Shown in pieces: positions 25,501 through 38,400 of a DNA stretch of 64,000 nucleotides. How positions within the stretch are numbered: position 1 is the first letter of the stretch; each line of letters begins with the position of its first letter. The notes beneath the pieces were generated by a model, which had not been told where the DNA came from, ran no database searches, and saw only the letters and a list, made by a program, of their open reading frames with translations. The DNA lies in the NCBI RefSeq assembly GCF_009914755.1, contig NC_060946.1. One strand, given 5' to 3'. Origin of the DNA: the human T2T-CHM13v2.0 reference genome, Homo sapiens. The position numbers and the translations under genes were made by a program.

Positions 25501-28500
25501 ACTCTTCTCTAGGATCTGACCACAGGGTGCTTTGTGACATAACCCTGCAATGATCACCCAGGTGATATACCACTTGCCAAGGCTCTGCCTACAGGGGCAT
25601 TGCAATGTATCCCTGCACTGATCACCTAGGTCTTGTAGATATTTTCTAGGATCTGCCTACAGGGTGCTTTGTGACGTGTCCCAGCAAGGATTACCCAGGT
25701 GATGTACCTCTCATCAAGGCTCTGCCTACATGCACATTGTGATGTATCTCTGCACTGATCACCTAGGTCATGGAAATTTTGTCTAGGCTCTACCTACGAT
25801 GGCATTGTGACATATCTCTGCACTAATCATCCAAGTGATGTAACTCTTGTCTAGGATGTGCCTAAATTAACTTTTTGACATAACCCTGTACTGATCATCC
25901 GGGTGATGGAAGTTTTGTCTAGGCTCTGCCTAAGGGGACATTGTGACATATTTCTGCATTGATCCCCCAGGTGGCGAACTCTTCTCTCGGATCTGCCTAT
26001 GGGGGCATTGTGAGAAATCTCTGCACTGATCACCCAGGTGATGTAACTGTTGTGTAACCTCTGCCTACAGGGGAATTGTGAGAGACCTCGCCACTGATTA
26101 CCCAAGTGATGTAACCGTTGTCTAGGCTTTGCGTGCAGGGGGCTTTGTGACATACATTTGCACTGATCACCCAGGTGATGTAACACATCTAAGTTCGGCC
26201 TAAAGGAGCTTTGTGACATATCTCTGCACTGATCGCTTAGGTGATGTAACACTTTTATAATCACTGCCTACAGGGAATTTTGACAAATCTCTGCACTGAT
26301 CACCTAGGTGATGTAACTCTTGTCTACCCTCTGTCCAACGGGGCATTGTGAAATATCTCTGCACAGATCACCCAGGTGATTCAACTCTTGACTAGGAACT
26401 GCCTACAGAGGTTATTGTGAAATATCTCTGCACTGATAAACTAGGTGGTGTAACCCTTGTCCAAGCTCTGCCTACAGGGGCGTTTCCACATATCCCTGAA
26501 CTGATGACAGAGGTGATGTAACTCTTGCCTAGGCTTTGCCTACATGGAACATTGGACCTATATCTGCACTGATCACCCAGGTGATGCAACTCTTGCCTAG
26601 GCTTTGCCTACAGGGGACATTGTGACATATCTCTTCAATGATCACTCATGTGATGCATCTCTTGCCTAGGGTTTGCCTACAGGGGACATTGTGACATATC
26701 TCTGTACTGATCTCCCAGGTGCTGTAACTTTAGTCTAGGCTCTGGCTACACGGCATTGTGACATATCACTGCACTGATCAACCAGGTGATAAAACTCTTG
26801 TATAGGCTCTGCCTACAGGGGGATTGTGACCTACCTCTGCACTGATCACCCAGGTGATATAACTCTTCTCTAGGATCTTCCTACAGGGTACTTTGTGACA
26901 TATCCCTGCACTGATCACCCAGGTGATCTATCTCTGGTCTAAGCTCTGCCTAAAGGGGCATTGTGACAGATCTCTGCACTGATCACTCAGGTGATGTAAG
27001 TATTGTCTAGGCTCTGCTTCAAGGGGCCTTGTCACATATCTCTGCACTGATCACCCAGGTGATGTAACTCTTGTCTAGGCTCTGCTTCCAGGGCATATTG
27101 TGACATATCTATGCACTGATCACCTTAGTGATGTAACACTTTGGTAGGCTCGGCCTACAGGGGAATCTTGACATATCTCCGCACTGTTAACCGAGGTGAT
27201 TTAACTCTTCTCTAGGTTGTGCCCACAGGGGGATTGAGACATATCTCTGCACTGATCCCGAGGTGATACAACTCTTGCCTGGTCTCTGCCTACTGTGGAC
27301 ATTGTGACATATCTCTGCACTGATCTCCCAGGTGCTGTAACTTTAGTCTAGGCTCTGGCTACACGGCATTGTGACATATCACTGCACTGATCACCCAGGC
27401 GATATAACTCTTCTCTAGGATCTGACCACAGGGTGCTTTGTGACATATCCCTGCAATGATCACCCAGGTGATATACCACTTGCCAAGGCTCTGCCTACAG
27501 GGGCATTGCAATGTATCTCTGCACTGATCACCTAGGTCTTGTAGATATTTTCTAGGATCTGCCTACAGGGTGCTTTGTGACGTGACCCAGCAAGGATTAC
27601 CCAGGTGTTGTACCTCTCATCAAGGCTCTGCCTACAGGCACATTGTGATGTATCTCTGCACTGATCACCTAGGTCATGGAAATTTTGTCTAGGCTCTACC
27701 TACGTTGGCTTTGTGACATATCTCTGCACTAATCATCCAAGTGATGTAACTCTGGTCTAGGATGTGCCTAAACTAACTTTTTGACATAACCCTGTACTGA
27801 TCATCCAGGTGATGGAGCTTTTGTCTAGGCTCTGCCTAAGGGGGCATTGTGACATATTTCTGCATTGATCCCCCAGGTGGCGAACTCTTCTCTCGTATCT
27901 GCCTATGGGGGCATTGTGAGAAATCTCTGCACTGATCACCCAGGTGATGTAACTGTTGTGTAACCTCTGCCTACAGGGGAATTGTGAGAGATCTCGCCAC
28001 TGATTACCCAAGTGATGTAACCGTTGTCTAGGCTTTGCGTACAGGGGGCTTTGTGACATACCTTTGCACTGATCACCCAGGTGATGTAACACATCTAAGT
28101 TCGGCCTAAAGGAGCTTTGTGACATATCTCTGCACTGATCGCTTAGGTGATGTAACACTTTTATAATCATTGCCTACAGGGAATTTTGACAAATCTCTGC
28201 ACTGATCACCTAGGTGATGTAACTCTTGTCTACCCTCTGTCCAACGGGGCATTGTGAAATATCTCTGCACTGATCACCCAGGTGATTCAACTCTTGACTA
28301 GGAACTGCCTACAGAGGTTATTGTGAAATATCTCTGCACTGATAAACTAGGTGGTGTAACCCTTGTCAAAGCTCTGCCTACAGGGGCGTTTCCACATATC
28401 CCTGAAATGATGACAGAGGTGATGTAACTCTTGCCTAGGCTTTGCCTACAGGGAACATTGGACATATATCTGCACTGATCACCCAGGTGATGCAACTCTT

Positions 28501-31500
28501 GCCTAGGCTTTGCCTACAGGGGACATTGTGACATATCTCTTCAATGATCACACATGTGATGCATCTCTTGCCTAGGCTTTGCCTACAGGGTACATTGTGA
28601 CATATCTCTGCACTGATCTCCCAGGTGCTGTAACTTTAGTCTAGGCTCTGGCTACACGGCATTGTGACATATCACTGCACTGATCAACCAGGTGATAAAA
28701 CTGTTGTATAGTCTCTGCCTACAGGGGGATTTTGACCTACCTCTGCACTGATCACCCAGGTGATATAACTCTTCTCTAGGATCTTCCTACAGGGTACTTT
28801 GTGACATATCCCTGCACTGATCACCCAGGTGATCTATCTCTGGTCTAAGCTCTGCCTAAAGGGGCATTGTGACAGATCTCTGCACTGATCACTCAGGTGA
28901 TGTAAGTATTGTCTATGCTCTGCTTCAAGGGGCCTTGTCACATATCTCTTCACTGATCACCCAGGTGATGTCACTCTTGTCTAGGCTCTGCTTCCAGGGC
29001 ATATTGTGACATATCTATGCACTGATCACCTTAGTGATGTAACACTTTGGTAGGCTCGGCCTACAGGGGAATCTTGACATATCTCTGCACTGTTAACCGA
29101 GGTGATTTAACTCTTGTCTAGGTTGTGCCCACAGGGGGATTGAGACATATCTCTGCACTGATCCCGAGGTGATACAAATCTTGCCTGGTCTCTGCCTACT
29201 GTGGACATTGTGACATATCTCTGCACTGATCTCCCAGGTGCTGTAACTTTAGTCTAGGCTCTGGCTACACGGCATTGTGACATATCACTGCACTGATCAC
29301 CCAGGCGATATAACTCTTCTCTAGGATCTGACCACAGGGTCCTTTGTGACATATACCTGCAATGATCACCCAGGTGATATAACACTTGCCAAGGCTCTGC
29401 CTACAGGGGCATTGCAATGTATCTCTGCACTGATCACCTAGGTCTTGTAGATATTTTCTAGGATCTGCCTACAGGGTGCTTTGTGACGTGTCCCAGCAAG
29501 GATTACCCAGGTGATGTACTTCTCATCAAGGCTCTGCCTACAGGCACATTGTGATGTATCTCTGCACTGATCACCTAGGTCATGTAAATTTTGTCTAGGC
29601 TCTACCTACGATGGCATTGTGACATATCTCTGCACTAATCATCCAAGTGATGTAACTCTTGTCTAGGATGTGCCTAAATTAACTTTTTGACATAACCCTG
29701 TACTGATCATCCAGGTGATGGAGCTTTTGTCTAGGCTCTGCCTAAGGGGGCATTGTGACATATTTCTGCATTGATCCCCAAGGTGGCGAACTCTTCTCTC
29801 GGATCTGCCTATGGGGGCATTGTGAGAAATCTCTGCACTGATGACCCAGGTGATGTAACTGTTGTGTAACCTCTGCCTACAGGGGAATTGTGAGAGATCT
29901 CGCCACTGATTACCCAAGTGATGTAACCGTTGTCTAGGCTTTGCGTACAGGGGGCTTTGTGACTTACCTTTGCACTGATCACCCAGGTGATGTAACACAT
30001 CGAAGTTCGGCCTAAAGGAGCTTTGTGACATATCTCTGCACTGATCGCTTAGGTGATGTAACACTTTTATAATCACTGCCTACAGGGAATTTTGACAAAT
30101 CTCTGCACTGATCACCTAGGTGATGTAACTCTTGTCTACCCTCTGTCCAACGGGGCATTGTGAAATATCTCTGCACTGATCACCCAGGTGATTCAACTCT
30201 TGACTAGGAACTGCCTACAGAGGTTATTGTGAAATATCTCTGCACTGATAAACTAGGTGGTGTAACCCTTGTCCAAGCTCTGCCTACAGGGGCGTTTCCA
30301 CATATCCCTGAACTGATGACAGTGGTGATGTAACTCTTGCCTAGGCTTTGACTACAGGGAACATTGGACATATATCTGCACTGATCACCCAGGTGATGCA
30401 ACTCTTGCCTAGGCTTTGCCTACAGGGGACATTGTGACATATCTCTTCAATGATCACTCATGTGATGCATCTCTTGCCTAGGCTTTGCCTACAGGGTACA
30501 TTGTGACATATCTCTGCACTGATCTCCCAGGTGCTGTAACTTTAGTCTAGGCTCTGGCTGCACGGCATTGTGACATATCACTGCACTGATCAACCAGGTG
30601 ATATAACTCTTGTATAGGCTCTGCCTACAGGGGGATTGTGACCTACCTCTGCACTGATCACGCAGGTGATATAACTCTTCTCTACGATCTTCCTACAGGG
30701 TACTTTGTGACATATCCCTGCACTGATCACCCAGGTGATCTATCTCTGATCTAAGCTCTGCCTAAAGGGGCATTGTGACAGATCTCTGCACTGATCACTC
30801 AGGTGATGTAAGTATTGTCTAGGCTCTGCTTCAAGGGGCCTTGTCACATATCTCTGCACTGATCACCCAGGTGATGTAACTCTTGTCTAGGCTCTGCTTC
30901 CAGGGCATATTGTGACATATCTATGCACTGATCACCTTAGTGATGTAACACTTTGGTAGGCTCGGCCTACAGGGGAATCTTGACATATCTCTGCACTGTT
31001 AACCGAGGTGATTTAACTCTTGTCTAGGCTGTGCCCACAGGGGGATTGAGACATATCTCTGCACTGATCCCGAGGTGATACAACTCTTGCCTGGTCTCTG
31101 CCTACAGTGGACATTGTTACACATCTCTGCACTGATCTCCCAGGTGCTGCAACTTTAGTCTAGGCTCTGGCTACACGGCATTGTGACATATCACTGCACT
31201 GATCACCCAGGCGATATAACTCTACTCTAGGATCTGACCACAGGGTGCTTTGTGACATATCCCTGCAATGATCACCCAGGTGATATACCACTTGCCAAGG
31301 CTCTGCCTACAGGGGCATTGCAATGTATCTCTGCACTGATCACCTAGGTCTTGTAGCTATTTTCTAGGATCTGCCTACAGGGTGCTTTGTGACGTGTCCC
31401 AGCAAGGATTACCCAGGTGATGTACCTCTCATTAAGGCTCTGCCTACAGGCACATTGTGATGTGTCTCTGCACTGATCACCTAGGTCATGTAAATTTTGT

Positions 31501-32426
31501 CTAGGCTCTACCTACGATGGCATTGTGACATATCTCTGCACTAATCATCCAAGTGATGTAACTCTTGTCTAGGATGTGCCTAAATTAACTTTTTGACATA
31601 ACCCTGTACTGATCATCCAGGTGATGGAGCTTTTGTCTAGGCTCTGCCTAAGGGGGCATTGTGAGATATTTCTGCATTGATCCCCCAGGTGGCGAACTCT
31701 TCTCTCGGATCTGCCTATGGGGGCATTGTGAGAAATCTCTGCACTGATCACCCAGGTGATGTAACTGTTGTGTAACCTCTGCCTACAGGGGAATTGTGAG
31801 AGATCTCGCCACTGATTACCCAAGTGATGTAACCGTTGTCTAGGCTTTGCGTACAGGGGGCTTTGTGACATACCTTTGCACTGATCACCCAGGTGATGTA
31901 ACACATCGAAGTTCGGCCTAAAGGAGCTTTGTGACATATCTCTGCACTGATCGCTTAGGTGATGTAACACTTTTATAATCACTGCCCACAGGGAATTTTG
32001 ACAAATCTCTGCACTGATCACCTAGGTGATGTAACTCTTGTCTACCCTCTGTCCAACGGGGCATTTTGAAATATCTCTGCACTGATCACCCAGGTGATTC
32101 AACTCTTGACTAGGAACTGCCTACAGAGGTTATTGTGAAATATCTCTGCACTGATAAACTTGGTGGTGTAACCCTTGTCCAAGCTCTGCCTACAGGGTCG
32201 TTTCCACATATCCCTGAACTGATGACAAAGGTGATGTAACCCTTGCCTAGGCTTTGCCTACAGGGAACATTGGACATATATCTGCACTGATCACCCAGGT
32301 GATGCAACTCTTGCCTAGGCTTTGCCTACAGGGGACATTGTGACATATCTCTTGAATGATCACTCATGTGATGCATCTCTTGCCTAGGCTTTGCCTACAG
32401 GGGACATTGTGACATATCTCTGCACT

Positions 32427-35400
32427 GATCTCCCAGGTGCTGTAACTTTAGTCTAGGCTTTGGCTACACGGCATTGTGACCTACCTCTGCACTGATCACC
32501 CAGGTGATATAACTCTTCTCTAGGATCTGCCTACAGGGTACTTTGTTACATATCCCTGCACTGATCACCCAGGTGATCTAACTCTGGTCTAAGCTCTGCC
32601 TAAAGGGGCATTGTGACAGAACTCTGCACTGATCACTCTGGTGATGTAAGTATTGTCTAGGCTCTGCTTCAAGGGGCCTTGTCACATATCTCTGCACTGA
32701 TCACCCAGGTGATGTAACTCTTGTCTAGGCTCTGCTTCCAGGGCATATTGTGACATATCTATGCACTGATCACCTTAGTGATGTAACACTTTGGTAGGCT
32801 CGGCCTACAGGGGAATCTTGACATATCTCTGCACTGTTAACCGAGGTGATTTAACTCTTCTCTAGGCTGTGCCCACAGGGGGATTGAGACATATCTCTGC
32901 ACTGATCCCGAGGTGATACAACTCTTGCCTGGTCTCTGCCTACCGTGGACATTGTGACATATCTCTGCACTGATCTCCCAGGTGCTGTAACTTTAGTCTA
33001 GGCTCTGGCTACACGGCATTGTGACATATCACTGCACTGATCACCCAGGCGATATAACTCTTCACCAGGACCTGACCACAGGGTGCTTTGTGATATATCC
33101 CTGCAATGATCACCCAGGTGATATACCACTTGCCAAGGCTCTGCCTAGAGGGGCATTGCAATGTATCTCTGCACTGATCACCTAGGTCTTGTAGCTATTT
33201 TCTAGGATCTGCCTACAGGGTGCTTTGTGACGTGTCCCGGCAAGGATTACCCAGGTGATGTACCTCTCATCAAGGCTCTGCCTACAGGCACATTGTGATG
33301 TATCTCTGCACTGATCACCTCGGTCATGTAACTTTTTTCTAGGCTCTACCTACGATGGCTTTGTGACATATCTCTGCACTAATCATCCAAGTGATGTAAC
33401 TCTTGTCTAGGATGTGCCTAAATTAACTTTTTGACATAACCCTGTACTGATCATCCAGGTGATGGAGCTTTTGTCTAGGCTCTGCCTAAGGGGGCATTGT
33501 GACATATTTCTGCATTGATCACCCAGGTGGCGAACTCTTCTCTCGGATCTGTCTATGGGGGCATTGTGAGAAATGTCTACACTGATCACCCAGGTGATGT
33601 AATTGTTGTGTAACCTCTGCCTACAGGGGAATTGTGAGAGATCTCGTCACTCATTACCCAAGTGATGTAACCATTGTCTAGGCTTTGCGTACAGGGGGCT
33701 TTGTGACATACCTTTGCACTGATCACCCAGCTGATGTAACACATCTAAGTTCGGCCTAAAGGAGCTTTGTGACATATCTCTGCACTGATCACTTTGGTGA
33801 TGTAACACTTTTATAATCACTGCCTACAGGGAATTTTGACAAATCTCTGCACTGATCACCTAGGTGATGTAACTCTTGTCTACACTCTGTCCAATGGGGC
33901 ATTGTGAAATATCTCTGCACTGATCACCCAGGTGATTCAACTCTTGACTAGGAACTGCCTACAGAGGTTATTGTGAAATATCTCTGCACTGATAAACTAG
34001 GTGGTGTAACCCTTGTCCAAGCTCTGCCTACAGGGTGGTTTCCACATATCCCTGAACTGATGACAAAGGTGATGTAACTATTGCCTAGGCTTGGCCTACA
34101 GGGAACATTGGACATATATCTGCACTTGCCTACAGGGGACATTGTGACATATCTCTTCAATGATCACTCATGTGATGCATCTCTTGCCTAGGCTTTGCCT
34201 ACAAGAGACATTGTGACATATCTCTGCACTGATCTCCCAGGTGTTGTAACTTTAGTCTAGGCTTTGGCCACACGGCATTGTGACCTACCTCTGCACTGAT
34301 CACCCAGGTGATATAACTCTTCTCTAGGATCTGCCTACAGGGTACTTTGTGACATATCCCTGCACTGATCACCCAGGTGATCTAACTCTGGTCTAAGCTC
34401 TGCCTAAAGGGGCATTGTGACAGATCTCTGCACTGATCACTCTGGTGATGTAAGTATTGTCTAGGCTCTGCTTCAAGGGGCCTTGTCACATATCTCTGCA
34501 CTGATCACCCAGGTGATGTAACTCTTGTCTAGGCTCTGCTTCCAGGGCATATTGTGACATATCTATGCACTGATCACCTTAGTGATGTAACACTTTGGTA
34601 GGCTCGGCCTACAGGGGAATCTTGACATATCTCTGCACTGTTAACCGAGGTGATTTAACTCTTGTCTAGGCTGTGCCCACAGGGGGATTGAGACATATCT
34701 CTGCACTGATCCCGAGGTGATACAATTCTTGCCTGGTCTCTGCCTACTGTGGACATTGTGACATATCTCTGCACTGATCTCCCAGGTGCTGTAACTTTAG
34801 TCTAGGCTCCGGCTACACGGCATTGTGACATATCACTGCACTGATGACACAGGCGATATAACTCTTCTCTAGGATCTGACCACAGGGTGCTTTGTGACAT
34901 ATCCCTGCAATGATCACCCAGGTGATATACCAGTTGCCAAGGCTCTGCCTACAGGGGCATTGCAATGTATCTCTGCTCTGATCACCTAGTTCTTGTAGCT
35001 ATATTCTAGGATCTGCCTACAGGGTGCTTTGTGACGTGTCCCAGCAAGGATTACCCAGGTGATGTACCTCTCATCAAGGCTCTGCCTACAGGCACATTGT
35101 GATGTATCTCTGCACTGATCACCTAGGTCATGTAACTTTTTTCTAGGCTCTACCTACGATGGCATTGTGACATATCTCTGCACTAATCATCCAAGTGTTG
35201 TAACTCTTGTCTAGGATGTGCCTAAATTAACTTTTTGACATAACCCTGTACTGATCATCCAGGTGATGGAGCTTTTGTCTAGGCTCTGCCTAAGGGGGCA
35301 TTGTGACATATTTCTGCATTGATCACCCAGGTGGCGAACTCTTCTCTCGGATCTGCCTATGGGGGCATTGTGAGAAATGTCTGCACTGATCACCCAGGTG

Positions 35401-38400
35401 ATGTAACTGTTGTGTAACCTCTGCCTACAGGGGAATTGTGAGAGATCTCGTCACTCATTACCCAAGTGATGTAACCATTGTCTAGGCTTTGCGTACAGGG
35501 GGCTTTGTGACATACCTTTACACTGATCACCCAGGTGATGTAACACATCTAAGTTCGGCCTGAAGGAGCTTTGTGACATATCTGTGCACTGATCACTTAG
35601 GTGATGTAACACTTTTATAATCACTACCTACAGGGAATTCTGACAAATCTCTGCACTGATCACCTAGGTGATGTAACTCTTGTCTACCCTCTATCCAACG
35701 GGGCATTGTGAAATATCTCTGCACTGATCACCCAGGTGATTCCACTCTTGACTAGGAACTGCCTACAGAGGTTATTGTGAAATATCTCTGCACTGATAAA
35801 CTAGGTGGTGTAACCCTTTTCCAAGCTCTGCCTACAGGGTCGTTTCCACATATCCCTGAACTGATGACAAAGGTGATGTAACCCTTGCCTAGGCTTTGCC
35901 TACAGGGAACATTGGACATATATCTGCACTGATCACCCAGGTGATGCAACTCTTGCCTAGGCTTTGCCTACAGGGGACATTGTGACATATCTCTTCAATG
36001 ATCACTCATGTGATGCATCTCTTGCCTAGGCTTTGCCTACAGGGGACATTGTGACATATCTCTGCACTGATCTCCCAGGTGTTGTAACTTTAATCTAGGC
36101 TTTGGCTACACGGCATTGTGACCTACCTCTGCACTGATCACCCAGGTGATATAACTCTTCTCTAGGATCTGCCTACAGGGTACTTTGTGACATATCCCTG
36201 CACTGATCACCCAGGTGATCTAACTCTGGTCTAAGCTCTGCCTAAATGGGCATTGTGACAGATCTCTGCACTGATCACTCTGGTGATGTAAGTATTGTCT
36301 AGGCTCTGCTTCAAGGGGCCTTGTCACATATCTCTGCACTGATCACCCAGGTGATGTAACTCTTGTCTCGGCTCTGCTTCCAGGGCATATTGTGACATAT
36401 CTATGCACTGATCACCTTAGTGATGTAACACTTTGGTAGGCTCGGCCTACAGGGGAATCTTGACATATCTCTGCACTGTTAACCGAGGTGATTTAACTCT
36501 TGTCTAGGCTGTGCCCACAGGGGGATTGAGACATATCTCTGCACTGATCCCGAGGTGATACAATTCTTGCCTGGTCTCTGCCTACTGTGGACATTGTGAC
36601 ATATCTCTGCACTGATCTCCCAGGTGCTGTAACTTTCGTCTAGGCTCCGGCTACACGGCATTGTGACATATCACTGCACTGATCACCCAGGCGATATAAC
36701 TCTTCTCTAGGATCTGACCACAGGGTGCTTTGCGACATATCCCTGCAATGATCACCCAGGTGATATACCAGTTGCCAAGGCTCTGCCTACAGGGGCATTG
36801 CAATGTATCTCTGCACTGATCACCTAGTTCTTGTAGCTATTTTCTAGGATCTGCCTACAGGGTGCTTTGTGACGTGTCCCAGCAAGGATTACCCAGGTGA
36901 TGTACCTCTCATCAAGGCTCTGCCTACAGGCACATTGTGATGTATCTCTGCACTGATCACCTAGGTCATGTAACTTTTTTCTAGGCTCTACCTACGATGG
37001 CATTGTGACATATCTCTGCACTAATCATCCAAGTGATGTAACTCTTGTCTAGGATGTGCCTAAATTAACTTTTTGACATAACCCTGTACTGATCATCCAG
37101 GTGATGGAGCTTTTGTCTAGGCTCTGCCTAAGGGGGCATTGTGACATATTTCTGCATTGATCACCCAGGTGGCGAACTCTTCTCTCGGATCTGCCTATTG
37201 GGGCATTGTGAGAAATGTCTGCACTGATCACCCAGGTGATGTAACTGTTGTGTAACCTCTGCCTACAGGGGAATTGTGAGAGATCTCGTCACTCATTACC
37301 CAAGTGATGTAACCATTGTCTAGGCTTTGCGTACAGGGGGCTTTGTGACATACCTTTACACTGATCACCCAGGTGATGTAACACATCTAAGTTCGGCCTG
37401 AAGGAGCTTTGTGACATATCTCTGCACTGATCACTTAGGTGATGTAACACTTTTATAATCACTGCCTACAGGGAATTTTGACAAATCTCTGCACTGATCA
37501 CCTAGGTGATGTAACTCTTGTCTACCCTCTGTCCAACGGGGCATTGTGAAATATCTCTGCACTGATCACCCAGGTGATTCAACTCTTGACTAGGAACTGC
37601 CTACAGAGGTTATTGTGAAATATCTCTGCACTGATAAACTAGGTGGTGTAACCCTTGTCCAAGCTCTGCCTACAGGGTCGTTTCCACATATCCCTGAACT
37701 GATGACAAAGGTGATGTAACCCTTGCCTAGGCTTTGCCTACAGGGAACATTGGATATATATCTGCACTGATCACCCAGGTGATGCAACTCTTGCCTAGGC
37801 TTTGCCTACAGGGAACATTGTGACATATCTCTTCAATGATCACTCATGTGATGCATCTCTTGCCTAGGCTTTGCCTACAAGGGACATTGTGACATATCTC
37901 TGCACTGATCTCCCAGGTGTTGTAACTTTAGTCTAGGCTTTGGCCACACGGCATTGTGACCTACCTCTGCACTGATCACCCAGGTGATATAACTCTTCTC
38001 TAGGATCTGCCTACAGGGTACTTTGTGACATATCCCTGCACTGATCACCCAGGTGATCTAACTCTGGTCTAAGCTCTGCCTAAAGGGGCATTGTGACAGA
38101 TCTCTGCACTGATCACTCAGGTGATGTAACTGTTGTCTAGGCTCTGCTTCAAGGGGCCTTGTCACATATCTCTGCACTGATCACCCAGGTGATGTAACTC
38201 TTGTCTAGGCTCTGCTTCCAGGGCATATTGTGACATATCTATGCACTGATCACCTTAGTGATGTAACACTTTGGTAGGCTCGGCCTACAGGGGAATCTTG
38301 ACATATCTCTGCACTGTTAACCGAGGTGATTTAACTCTTGTCAAGGCTGTGCCCAAAGGGGGATTGAGACATATCTCTGCACTGATCCCGAGGTGATACA

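Larger units (their letters stand above)
31..32426. repeat. Left 28-mer HOR domain, 17 consecutive units
   Basis: M16 landmark spacing is 1905 or 1906 bp from 1078 through 31569, with no whole-monomer gain or loss. Confidence 0.93.
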
